From positions 1 through 53,222 of the IMG/VR virus record IMGVR_UViG_3300009566_000017: a stretch of 53,222 nt of DNA. One strand, 5' to 3'. The notes under the pieces are model-generated. The model worked only from the letters and a program-made list of their open reading frames with translations, ran no database searches and was not told the DNA's origin. A program made the translations under genes and the position numbers. This DNA is from a virus (lineage: Duplodnaviria; Caudoviricetes). This document shows positions 35,252 to 43,356 of the stretch, piece after piece. Position 1 is the stretch's first letter; every line of letters starts with the position of its first letter.

Positions 35252-35280
35252 AAGATGGAGTCTTCATTCTGCGAAGTCAA
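35252..35280 (-). promoter_or_regulatory. Conserved promoter motif, copy 1
   Basis: TTGACT-tcgcagaatgaagactc(17)-CATCTT. Confidence 0.75.
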
Positions 35281-35286
35281 GTAAAA

Positions 35287-36834
35287 TCATACATTCACCC
35301 AACTTTTTTTTCTGTGCAGCCAGCCGAGGGCATTCTGCTTCTTTTCTCCCGGCTTTGCGGGGGCGGCTTCAGTCCCGTGAGACGGACGGTATACCCCTTT
35401 GAATGCGTAGTACATGGCATCCAGTAGATCTTCGTGGGCTCCTCTGGGGTAGACGATGAGCTGGTCAACGAGCGGCTGAAGACCTCGCTTGATGTAGACC
35501 TTCTTCGCTCGAAACCAAGGTTCCAGCGTTTCCAGGCGGCTTGACTTTGCCTGCCGCGGCGTGTTCTTGATTTCCAGTCCTGGTATGTACTCGTCTTGCC
35601 TTTTGAGGTAGTCACGGAGCATCTCCTGGTATCCGACGGATTCGATTTGTGTGCGGCTGGACCTGTACTCCTTGAAGTTCTTCTGGATCGCCACGGCCAG
35701 ATCCATGGGCGCCATGCGCTTGTTCATCAGCGAGATGATGAAGCGGTCGTCCTTCGCCGACACCGCGTTGTTGATGATTGCGGAGTAGTCCGCCGACTGG
35801 CGCGTGGAACTCGCCGGGTCGATCCCGGTGAAGATGTTCACGGGAACAATCAGCGGGTTGTCCTTTGGGAACGTCATCTCCCCCATCTCGGTCACGTACA
35901 GAAACGCTTCCTTGTTCTCGTTCAGGACGACGTCCCCGTCCCAGTACTGGATGTCCCCCTCGCGGAAGAGCTGCGTCTCGTCGCCGATCACCTCGCACTG
36001 ATACTCGCGGTACCAGTACGACACCTTGCCGATGCTCTCTGCGGTCTCCTTTTCCTTCAGCAGCGACTCCAGCGATTGCCACTCGGGCCAGAGCACCTTC
36101 AGGTTGTCCCGGTTCTCGAGCGTCAGCGGCCCGTCTCCGGTGATCGACTTGTAGTGCCGGGTGCGCCAGCCGGAGGCCTCCTTCAGCTTCATCACCATCG
36201 AGCGCTGGTGCTGCGGCGTGCCGATCACGAAGCAGCGCCCCTTGCGCGGATCGCGTGTGGGATAGAGCTGCGTCAGGAGCCACTTCAGGTTCAGCTCCAT
36301 GGCCTCGACGGTCTTGGTGTTCATCAGGTCTTCTGGATCGTCCAGAAGGATGAACGTCGGACGCTGATTGCCCACCTTCAGGCCCACCACCTGCTGCCCG
36401 GTGCCGCGGCAGATGATCGCGTCGCCCGTATCGAAGATCACATAGTCCTTGGTCCAGATCTTCGCGTTGAGCTGGCCGTGGTACCCGTACATCATGCGGA
36501 AGGTCTTGGAGTACATCACCGTGTCCTTCACGGTGTCCAGAAGCCGAATGGCGTGATCGCGTGTCTTGGAGACCAGTACGACCACCTTCCTGCCGGGGAT
36601 GCGTGTATCAGCGAAGAGATGGTGCAGCACGAACAGGGCTCCCACCAGCGATGACTTGGCGTGGCCTCTGGGGGCGATGATGTTCTCCGCCGTCGTCGAC
36701 AGATCCATGTAGTCGTCGCACAGCTCGTAGTGGAACTCCGCGCTCTTGACGGAGAACATCCCCGGCATGACGGCCTTGCCGAAGAACATCGGGTCGGAGG
36801 ACGCCCGCTCTTTCAGTCTACTCAGATTTGACAT
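35287..36834 (-). CDS. terL: Terminase large subunit
   Basis: APRGHAKSS Walker A, ILLDDPE Walker B, IGTP, EYQCE, and RNase H-like GIDPA, DYSA, HEDLLDA; start reassigned to ATG 36834. Confidence 0.95.
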   Translation of the reverse strand: MSNLSRLKERASSDPMFFGKAVMPGMFSVKSAEFHYELCDDYMDLSTTAENIIAPRGHAKSSLVGALFVLHHLFADTRIPGRKVVVLVSKTRDHAIRLLDTVKDTVMYSKTFRMMYGYHGQLNAKIWTKDYVIFDTGDAIICRGTGQQVVGLKVGNQRPTFILLDDPEDLMNTKTVEAMELNLKWLLTQLYPTRDPRKGRCFVIGTPQHQRSMVMKLKEASGWRTRHYKSITGDGPLTLENRDNLKVLWPEWQSLESLLKEKETAESIGKVSYWYREYQCEVIGDETQLFREGDIQYWDGDVVLNENKEAFLYVTEMGEMTFPKDNPLIVPVNIFTGIDPASSTRQSADYSAIINNAVSAKDDRFIISLMNKRMAPMDLAVAIQKNFKEYRSSRTQIESVGYQEMLRDYLKRQDEYIPGLEIKNTPRQAKSSRLETLEPWFRAKKVYIKRGLQPLVDQLIVYPRGAHEDLLDAMYYAFKGVYRPSHGTEAAPAKPGEKKQNALGWLHRKKSWVNV

Positions 36835-37072
36835 CGAGCGCCTTCTGCCGTGCGATGAGGGTCTGTCCCCAGGCCTTCCACACGCACCGGCACACGATCG
36901 GCTTGCCGTCCTCGCGGAACCCGATCCGTCCGGTGCCCCAGCACGGGTCATGCTTCTTGACGATGGTGTCGATGATCTTCTTCTCCTCGTCCGTCAATTC
37001 CTCGGGCCAGGAGTTCTCCATCGTCGCCTTGTTGAGCGCATCGCGCTCTTCCAGACTCAGGTGTTCAGACAT
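36818..37072 (-). CDS. Small Zn-finger-like protein
   Basis: HDPCWGTG...CRC pattern. Confidence 0.5.
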   Translation of the reverse strand: MSEHLSLEERDALNKATMENSWPEELTDEEKKIIDTIVKKHDPCWGTGRIGFREDGKPIVCRCVWKAWGQTLIARQKALDVKSE

Positions 37073-37299
37073 TGTTGCGCTTCTTCCTCGCAAAGTTTTT
37101 CCATGCGTTGCAGGAGCATCGTGTTGACTTCATCGCAGATGCTCGGACGGTGTATCCGATCGACGAGACTGTGCACCATCGAGACGCGATACTGTCCGAA
37201 CGTCAGCATGTGCGAGCAGTGGTCGTCCTCCGGGCGCATCTGCCCCCAGCGCCATACTCTGCCGCAATCATCGGTCATCTCTTTCCAGTCGAACGGCAT
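37057..37299 (-). CDS. Hypothetical protein (80 aa)
   Basis: TGATG-coupled to the phosphoesterase gene. Confidence 0.4.
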   Translation of the reverse strand: MPFDWKEMTDDCGRVWRWGQMRPEDDHCSHMLTFGQYRVSMVHSLVDRIHRPSICDEVNTMLLQRMEKLCEEEAQQCLNT

Positions 37300-38078
37300 C
37301 AGTCGTACGTCTTTCCGTTGTAGTAGAACGCGTCTCCGTTGAAGACAATGGGGATAACGCTTGCAGCTCCCCCAGGGGCAACAGCGATGACGGCAAAGGA
37401 ATTTGTCCACTGCCTGCGCTTGGCCCCAGGCATGTATGTAAGGCCGCGAGAGGACTTGTCCCCCATAAATCCGATATTGTACGCTGCACGTGTGTTAAGT
37501 CCATAGATCTGGAAGCGGTGCGAATGGCCAAAGATGACGGATCCACCAAACTCGTCCAGATGCTTCTTAGCGGTATGGACCGGGGTCCAGAGCCCGTGCG
37601 TGACTTGAAGACTTGTACCGAGATGGTATACGTCGTCTTTCCATTGGTCGAGCACTGCATATCCCAGTTCCCGGAGCCGTAGAGCAGATTCAGGTGCCTC
37701 CAGAGCGCCGAGATATTTTCCTCTGTCGCCTCGTTCAAGCTCACGGAAATAGCGGTCCTCGTGATTGCCGTAGAGGAAGACGCGCTTGGCGTCTCTGTTG
37801 TCGAGTGCATCATCGAGCTGCTTGACGACTGCGCGCCCGATGGCGTACTCTTTCCCGAGGTTGATATCCTTGAGCATCTGGAGACTGTCTGCGTGATACG
37901 ATCCGAGACTGTACATATCCATGATGTCGCCGTTGAGGACAATGCCGTTAAAGCGAGGGCGAGCTTCTCGAACCATCCGACAGATTGCATTGAGGTAGCC
38001 TTCGTTGTGCCAGGGAATGTGGACATCGCTCAGGTAGAGCCAGAGTTCATGCGCCGGATCGGGCTGAACCAGCTGCAT
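37299..38078 (-). CDS. Calcineurin-like metallophosphoesterase
   Basis: SDVH, GDIMD, GNHE, THG and FGHSH motifs; start uncertain (ATG 38078 preferred). Confidence 0.9.
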   Translation of the reverse strand: MQLVQPDPAHELWLYLSDVHIPWHNEGYLNAICRMVREARPRFNGIVLNGDIMDMYSLGSYHADSLQMLKDINLGKEYAIGRAVVKQLDDALDNRDAKRVFLYGNHEDRYFRELERGDRGKYLGALEAPESALRLRELGYAVLDQWKDDVYHLGTSLQVTHGLWTPVHTAKKHLDEFGGSVIFGHSHRFQIYGLNTRAAYNIGFMGDKSSRGLTYMPGAKRRQWTNSFAVIAVAPGGAASVIPIVFNGDAFYYNGKTYD

Positions 38079-38203
38079 ACCGACAGGACGTCGCTCTTGA
38101 TCTCCCGCACGTTCTTCATGTACTGCTGGTACTTCTCCGGGGGCGTTAGATACCGGACACACACTGTCTTTAGGCCGCATTCGGCATCTCTGCATTTGAG
38201 CAT
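38030..38203 (-). CDS. Small Cys-rich protein (57 aa), not in the ORF track
   Basis: Translated by hand: MLKCRDAECGLKTVCVRYLTPPEKYQQYMKNVREIKSDVLSVCSWFSPIRRMNSGST; C-x4-C-x5-C-x-RY...C-x-WF; phage-like codon use. Confidence 0.55.
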   Translation of the reverse strand: MLKCRDAECGLKTVCVRYLTPPEKYQQYMKNVREIKSDVLSVCSWFSPIRRMNSGST

Positions 38204-38499
38204 GATTCTCTCAGGTTGGCTTTCAGGAGGTGAAGGTAATTGATGCAGTCGGCGATGCGTGTGTCCAACTCGGGATCAGGCACGCCGCGTCCCACCATCG
38301 CGGTCAGCGCATCCAGGTGCTTCAGCAGGTACACCATGCAGACCTGCTCCGGCTTCAGTCCCATGCGGGAGGCAATGCCCTTGAAGTTTGCCAGAATATC
38401 AGCGCTGGCAATCGTGTACGACGGACGTTTGGCCTCAACGATGCTCTGCGCCAGCGCGTAGGTTTCCTGAACCATGTGGTTGTAGTCGTGTGCGGTCAT
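38170..38499 (-). CDS. Nucleotide-modification-associated (Nmad1/DUF1599-like, all-alpha NTP pyrophosphatase-like) protein
   Basis: K..SY...DILANF...YLLKH.D...RIADCINY pattern. Confidence 0.55.
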   Translation of the reverse strand: MTAHDYNHMVQETYALAQSIVEAKRPSYTIASADILANFKGIASRMGLKPEQVCMVYLLKHLDALTAMVGRGVPDPELDTRIADCINYLHLLKANLRESCSNAEMPNAA

Positions 38500-38661
38500 A
38501 ACCCTTTCCTTTCCAGTAAGTGCATCAGCAGAATCAGATCTTCTTTGAGGTGACGCCACCAGCTCCCCTTCCGCTTGACGGGCAACGTCGTGCCTATCCA
38601 GAGCAGCTTGGCGTTGCGGTAGATCAGCACGTCGCCTTCCACCGGGCCGGTGCGCCGTCCA

Positions 38662-38862
38662 TCAGGAAGCTGTATCTCGACGAACGGCTTCCTTGGACTC
38701 CCAGTAGTCGCATCCGTCTTCGAGTTCTTCTTGTTTGAGGGGGATGGCATGTATGTCCTCCTTGTTCTGTGGGTGATTGCAGAGAAAATCGTTGACGAAG
38801 CGCATACCGCCCATCGCCACGTGAGCGCAGGTCCAGCAGGAACGATCACCGTCCGTCGGCAT
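38662..38862 (-). CDS. Small Cys-rich hypothetical protein (66 aa)
   Basis: CWTC...C...CDYW pattern; overlaps the terS-like stop. Confidence 0.45.
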   Translation of the reverse strand: MPTDGDRSCWTCAHVAMGGMRFVNDFLCNHPQNKEDIHAIPLKQEELEDGCDYWESKEAVRRDTAS

Positions 38863-39628
38863 CGCTGGTGCCTTCCATCAGTCGTGGGGCTTCGGCTTGC
38901 TGCAACAGACGCTCCGCTTCAGCTTCCAGGTCACCATCGGACGGCGGGGGGAGCTGCCTGCGCGATCCACCACCAACATCCAGACCTACCAGCGCAGCCA
39001 GACGGTCATTACCCCTTACCATCGCAGCGGCATCCCCCTTCGCCTCTCCCACCTCGATGGCACGCTGATATGTCTTGATCACACTCTCCTGCGTGATCCC
39101 ATTGCGCTTCAGGACATCCTCGAGTTCCTGCTCGATCATTCTCTTGATCCTTTCGTTCTTGAACAGACGGCGTAGCGTTGCCTGCGGCACCTTCTGATCG
39201 GGACGGTACATCTTCCCCAGCGCTTCCCAGTCGACCGACCCGCCCAGGATCATCTGCACGTATGCGGTGATGACATTCTTTGTCCTGGTTAACCGCGCTT
39301 CTTCCTCGTCCCAGCTCTTTCTTCCCTGCTCGTGGTAATTGCCCGAGCGCTGCCTCTGGATGAACGACAGGTGCTTCTGCCTGGTCCATGCGCGCGCATA
39401 GGGCAGCACCATCAGCGTGCGCGTCTTCCCCCCGTTCTTCGGAGTGAATTCGTACCGGGCAATCACCTCTGCCACGTAGCCATCATCGGAGATGCACCAC
39501 TCTCCCGCCTTCGCTTCACGCCAGGGCTTCGCGTCAATCCCCTTCATAGCGGCCTCAACCTCTGGCATCACCTCGTAGAGCTTGAAGACACCCTTGTGCT
39601 TCCTGCCGATCGTGACAGTCTCCATCAT
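38846..39628 (-). CDS. Putative terminase small subunit
   Basis: C-terminal half LRRLFKNERIKRMI...GITQESVI...AIEVGEAKGD..AMVR..DRLA.LVG is TerS-like; upstream of terL. Confidence 0.55.
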   Translation of the reverse strand: MMETVTIGRKHKGVFKLYEVMPEVEAAMKGIDAKPWREAKAGEWCISDDGYVAEVIARYEFTPKNGGKTRTLMVLPYARAWTRQKHLSFIQRQRSGNYHEQGRKSWDEEEARLTRTKNVITAYVQMILGGSVDWEALGKMYRPDQKVPQATLRRLFKNERIKRMIEQELEDVLKRNGITQESVIKTYQRAIEVGEAKGDAAAMVRGNDRLAALVGLDVGGGSRRQLPPPSDGDLEAEAERLLQQAEAPRLMEGTSDADGR

Positions 39629-39876
39629 GACAGCACCGTCAAGGCCATCTGGATATGGTTGGGTGGAACGTACAGGAAGACATCGGAGACGTCGTACAGC
39701 ACACCCCAGGTGCGCTTGTAGGTCAGCGCATCGACGATCGGTGTGCGAACATCACGGTAGTGACGATGGAGGGGTTCGAGGTTGGAAACGGGCTGGCGGC
39801 TTACCCGCGATCTGTCCAGCTCATCAGTACGAAGCGGTGTGCCATCTATCGGCGCTGCTATCGTGTGACTGATCAT
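39625..39876 (-). CDS. Hypothetical protein (83 aa)
   Basis: First ORF after promoter copy 2; ATGA overlap with the next gene. Confidence 0.4.
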   Translation of the reverse strand: MISHTIAAPIDGTPLRTDELDRSRVSRQPVSNLEPLHRHYRDVRTPIVDALTYKRTWGVLYDVSDVFLYVPPNHIQMALTVLS

Positions 39877-39911
39877 CTACCGCACCATGTCGTTGTTCAA
39901 CATGGCAACGG

Positions 39912-39940
39912 AAGATGGAGCGTTCAATCTGCGATGTCAA
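39912..39940 (-). promoter_or_regulatory. Conserved promoter motif, copy 2 (packaging operon)
   Basis: TTGACA-tcgcagattgaacgctc(17)-CATCTT with an upstream A tract. Confidence 0.8.
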
Positions 39941-40107
39941 GTCTTTTTTTCGATTTCTCAAAATATTTTGTGATGCGATGTGCACAGTACAGCCACGCCG
40001 GAATAAACGGACAGGACGGAGTTCGGAAAAGTTGTCGCTCGATGTGGGCGAGAGGTCCACTCGAGAACGACTCCCCCCGTGGAGATGGTGGGGTGGGGTC
40101 GAACTGG

Positions 40108-40136
40108 TTGAGATTTCACCATGATTCGATTGCACT
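40108..40136 (+). promoter_or_regulatory. Putative rightward promoter (second class)
   Basis: TTGAGA-17-TGCACT; shares ATTTCACCAYGATT with the 41569 promoter. Confidence 0.45.
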
Positions 40137-40194
40137 CACACCCAAACGCAGGGGCAGCCTGCACATATCACAACATTTCGTCGGAGGTGGTACT

Positions 40195-40623
40195 ATGGAA
40201 CGCATCTGGAACTTCAAGCTGTTCGTGGATGGGAAGCCCGAGACTGTGCCCGCCGAGAAGATCGCGACTGAGCACGACGCATGGGACTTCATCGAGATCG
40301 GTGCGAGCATGGACAAGGCGCCCGCCGCTGTCCTGAAGGCACTGAACTCAGCGTCCATGCAGGTCGAGAAGAAGCTGATCAGCCAGGACGAGTACCAGCA
40401 AGTCCTGCGTGATGTCGCTGAATCGGCTGAAATGCTCGAGCAGCTCATCGGTCTCAAGAGCTTGCTGATCGACAATGGCTATGCTGTCACTGGCCAGACC
40501 CAGATCAGCTTCTCTGAGTCCAAGGGAACGCCCTGGCTCAATGCCAGACTGTACCGTGTTCCCAAGCTTACCGCAGAAGAGGCGAATGCAGCCAAGGCCG
40601 CTGTCCTCTTCAAGAAGCGGTAA
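40195..40623 (+). CDS. Hypothetical early protein (142 aa)
   Basis: GGAGGT RBS, strong codon bias, followed by a terminator; the upstream extension in the ORF track is rejected. Confidence 0.75.
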   Translation: MERIWNFKLFVDGKPETVPAEKIATEHDAWDFIEIGASMDKAPAAVLKALNSASMQVEKKLISQDEYQQVLRDVAESAEMLEQLIGLKSLLIDNGYAVTGQTQISFSESKGTPWLNARLYRVPKLTAEEANAAKAAVLFKKR

Positions 40624-40673
40624 ATCCCTGTCCTCTGGGAAGGACACATCATTCCCATCTGTGCCTACCATCC

Positions 40674-40714
40674 GCATCCTACATCCCGGCAACGGGGTGT
40701 AGGGTGCCTTTTTT
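40674..40714 (+). terminator. Intrinsic terminator
   Basis: GCATCCTACATCCC-loop-GGGGTGTAGGGTGC followed by T6. Confidence 0.8.
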
Positions 40715-40812
40715 GACCAACTGAAGCCACAGCAACCGTATCACCGAGGTCTCACGCATTCGGGACGTTGTGTCCTGAACAATCAACCACCACGCATTGT
40801 CGGAGAACGACC

Positions 40813-41061
40813 ATGACACTCAATGGCAAACAGGTTGTCGTGCTCACCCATGACACCGTGACCACTCAGCAACTCAATATCATCCAGGCCGCGCTCAATC
40901 TCATCAGCGAAGACACAAACGACCAGCGCATCATACTCGACGAAGCATGCAACCGAGTGCGCCTCATCCAGCTCGTCCGCACCGCCTGCCCCGGCCTTGG
41001 GCTCAAAGAGGCCAAAGACGCCGTGGACGTCTACCACAATCTCACCAAGGAGAAGCCATGA
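40813..41061 (+). CDS. Protein with a ribosomal bL12 (L7/L12) C-terminal-like motif
   Basis: RVRLIQLVRTACPGLGLKEAKDAVD; GGAG RBS. Confidence 0.65.
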   Translation: MTLNGKQVVVLTHDTVTTQQLNIIQAALNLISEDTNDQRIILDEACNRVRLIQLVRTACPGLGLKEAKDAVDVYHNLTKEKP

Positions 41062-41156
41062 GAACCTTCCTCGAACGTCACGATGATGCAGTGACACTGA
41101 TTCTCGTGCTCATCTGCGTCCTGATGTACACCGTCGCTGTTGCACCCCAACCATAG
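41058..41156 (+). CDS. Small single-TM protein (32 aa)
   Basis: AAGGAG RBS, ATGA overlap, hydrophobic helix. Confidence 0.5.
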   Translation: MRTFLERHDDAVTLILVLICVLMYTVAVAPQP

Positions 41157-41171
41157 ACCTGGAGAACGATC

Positions 41172-41393
41172 ATGACATTCACCGCCTTCAGAAATACCTG
41201 CACCCAGCCCACATCGGGTGTCATCGTCTTTCAATCCTTCATTGAAGCACGGGAGTTTGCACACCAGCACCCGGAGATGATCGAAACAGAGTTTGAGGCA
41301 GATTCACTCCAGGAAGCGTACGACCGCACATATGCGGAGTATGAGGAGACGCGGGACATCTACACAGAAGCTATCGTGGGAGACATCTACTGA
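41172..41393 (+). CDS. Acidic hypothetical protein (73 aa)
   Basis: GGAG RBS. Confidence 0.6.
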   Translation: MTFTAFRNTCTQPTSGVIVFQSFIEAREFAHQHPEMIETEFEADSLQEAYDRTYAEYEETRDIYTEAIVGDIY

Positions 41394-41568
41394 CAGAGGA
41401 ACCCGATCACCGGTCCCCTTGTCAGTCACCAACATCGGGGATCGCCATCGGCGTTCCTCCGACGACCGACCTCCGGCAGTTCGTATGCCTATCAGATCAT
41501 AGGCCGCGGGCTGCCGGACGGTTTTTACGTCTTCGTCCCGGAACAAACACCGCGATGCAACCGATTGC

Positions 41569-41597
41569 TTGACAATTTCACCACGATTGCATACCAT
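41569..41597 (+). promoter_or_regulatory. Sigma70-like promoter
   Basis: TTGACA-17-TACCAT, followed by an AGGAG RBS and ATG 41631. Confidence 0.7.
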
Positions 41598-41630
41598 ACA
41601 TAGACGATGGGATACACTTAGGAGAGAATC

Positions 41631-41753
41631 ATGAACCACTTCCGCGTTATCAGCAACTGGTACATCCGCAGTAGCAATGCCCACGCCATGCTGCTTCACA
41701 AACGCTACAGCTGCTCGAATCGTCCTCGCAGCGTCTCCTCCTGTCTCGCGTAG
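41631..41753 (+). CDS. Small basic peptide (40 aa), not in the ORF track
   Basis: Promoter plus AGGAGAG RBS; MNHFRVISNWYIRSSNAHAMLLHKRYSCSNRPRSVSSCLA. Confidence 0.4.
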   Translation: MNHFRVISNWYIRSSNAHAMLLHKRYSCSNRPRSVSSCLA

Positions 41754-42015
41754 ACACACTTCAGCCATAGGGCTGGATTGCATCCTGAAGTAATCGACCT
41801 CTTGCTACGCTCTCGAGCGTAACACCGGGACACGCTCTCTTTGCACTGGTGCTGGGCAGACCCTCATCTCAATGCCATGGGTGGTGGAGTATTACGTCCA
41901 CCTTGCCAAGAACCATGTCCTGCTGTTGGCGCCTACATGTAGCGTGGCATCGCTGATTCTGGATGCGGGTACACAGCCCACACCGTCTCCACTAATACGC
42001 GAACAGCAGGGGACA

Positions 42016-42044
42016 AAGATGGACCTTTCATTCTGCGATGTCAA
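42016..42044 (-). promoter_or_regulatory. Conserved promoter motif, copy 3 (leftward)
   Basis: TTGACA-tcgcagaatgaaaggtc(17)-CATCTT. Confidence 0.75.
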
Positions 42045-42076
42045 GGAAAAAATGTTTCAGATTGAAAAGATTTCTC

Positions 42077-42105
42077 TTGACTTCGCAGATTGAACACCCC
42101 ATCTT
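42077..42105 (+). promoter_or_regulatory. Conserved promoter motif, copy 4 (replication operon)
   Basis: TTGACT-tcgcagattgaacaccc(17)-CATCTT, then AGGAG RBS and ATG 42133. Confidence 0.8.
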
Positions 42106-42132
42106 CACCCCCCACTTTAGGAAAGGAGCTTC

Positions 42133-42411
42133 ATGCCAGTCGTTCTACTTCGCAAGCAGATCAATACGCTGCCGGAAGCACGCGAGGAGATTTCCAGGCT
42201 ACGACAACAACTCCAAAGAACCAAAGCAGCGCTATCCAATCCCAATCCAAACGCAGCATCTATGACCAGTCTCAACTACACCTATCACATCATCACCAAA
42301 AACCCCGAGTACGCACAGCAACTCATGCAGCTCGCCGACACAATAGGCGAACCCATCAAATCACACATCCACACCATCATCACCAACGCAAGGAAAGCAT
42401 ATGGCCACTGA
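42133..42411 (+). CDS. Hypothetical protein (92 aa, coiled coil)
   Basis: AAAGGAG RBS. Confidence 0.6.
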   Translation: MPVVLLRKQINTLPEAREEISRLRQQLQRTKAALSNPNPNAASMTSLNYTYHIITKNPEYAQQLMQLADTIGEPIKSHIHTIITNARKAYGH

Positions 42412-43120
42412 ACGCTTCTTCTACAAGGTTCTGGTAGAAGCACTGCCGGGTGCTGGCAAGACGTACTCGACACGCAACCTGCCGCGCGACACTACCGGCT
42501 TCATCAACGTGGAGGCGAAGCCCCTCCCCTTCCGCGGCACATTCAAACACATGGTCATTCCGGAGAAGTTCCAGGACATCCTCGAGAAGATCGCGGAGTT
42601 CAGCCGCAGTCCCGAGATCACCACTGTCGTCCTGGACTCCTTCAGTGCCACCATGGAGCTGGCCTTCAAAGAACTGCGCCAGCAGGGCCTGAAGGGCTAC
42701 GACATCTGGAGCGCGTACAACGACCGCGTCAGCACGCTTCTGGACTACATCAAGCGTTGCAAGAAGGACCTGGCTGTCATCGGCCACTATGAGATCCTCA
42801 ATGTCGAGGACAGCGCAGAACGCCGTCTGAAGGTTCTGGGCAAGGCCTGGGAAGGCTGGGTCGAGAAGGAATTCACCGTCGTGCTGTTCGGTGAGCATCT
42901 CCGTCCCGATGATAAGGGCGGCAAGGGCGAGTTCACCTTCTGGGTCTCCAAGCCCGGAACACCAGCCAAATGCCCGCCAGAAGTCCTGGGTGATGACGTT
43001 CTGCGTATGCCGAACGATCTGGCCCTGTTCTACAATCACCTGTACAAGTTCCTGGGCATACCTCCTCTGGTCCCGTCCCTGAACAACGTGCAGACCACCA
43101 TCAAGGAGAAAGCGGCATGA
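42401..43120 (+). CDS. AAA_24/Sak4-like P-loop ATPase (recombination/annealing)
   Basis: ALPGAGKT Walker A, VVLDS Walker B, IGH, EKEFTVVL and AKCP motifs. Confidence 0.8.
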   Translation: MATERFFYKVLVEALPGAGKTYSTRNLPRDTTGFINVEAKPLPFRGTFKHMVIPEKFQDILEKIAEFSRSPEITTVVLDSFSATMELAFKELRQQGLKGYDIWSAYNDRVSTLLDYIKRCKKDLAVIGHYEILNVEDSAERRLKVLGKAWEGWVEKEFTVVLFGEHLRPDDKGGKGEFTFWVSKPGTPAKCPPEVLGDDVLRMPNDLALFYNHLYKFLGIPPLVPSLNNVQTTIKEKAA

Positions 43121-43356
43121 TACGAGCACATCACACGCTGGTGCATATGCTCTACGAGGCCCTCTACCGCATTCGTTACGCTATCCACGCACTACCAGAG
43201 GGCTACGCCCTTGTCATCCCCGCTCGTGGGAATCTGTATCTTCTGGATCCCAACCAGCAGAAAGCCGAATTCGTCATGTCCCACGTTTCCCTGGCAGACT
43301 TCATCGCACGCAACGATACTACAGGTATTATTCCAACAGAGGAGATGCCCAAATGA
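43117..43356 (+). CDS. Hypothetical protein
   Basis: AAGGAG RBS; ATGA overlaps at both ends. Confidence 0.55.
   Translation: MIRAHHTLVHMLYEALYRIRYAIHALPEGYALVIPARGNLYLLDPNQQKAEFVMSHVSLADFIARNDTTGIIPTEEMPK

Noticed and set aside
38496-38849. 117-aa ORF as annotated
   Set aside because: Its 5' half overlaps the more plausible Cys-rich ORF; the 3' half may be coding but the start cannot be fixed
39655-40194. N-terminal 180 aa of the 322-aa ORF
   Set aside because: Crosses the divergent promoter region; the real start is ATG 40195 with GGAGGT
41751-41823. TAG read-through / alternative genetic code as in some crAss-like phages
   Set aside because: TAG, TGA and TAA all end well-supported genes and long genes are uninterrupted under code 11
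35252-42105. The four 29-bp repeats as a CRISPR array or IS ends
   Set aside because: Dispersed, in both orientations, promoter-shaped and located at operon heads; no cas or transposase genes
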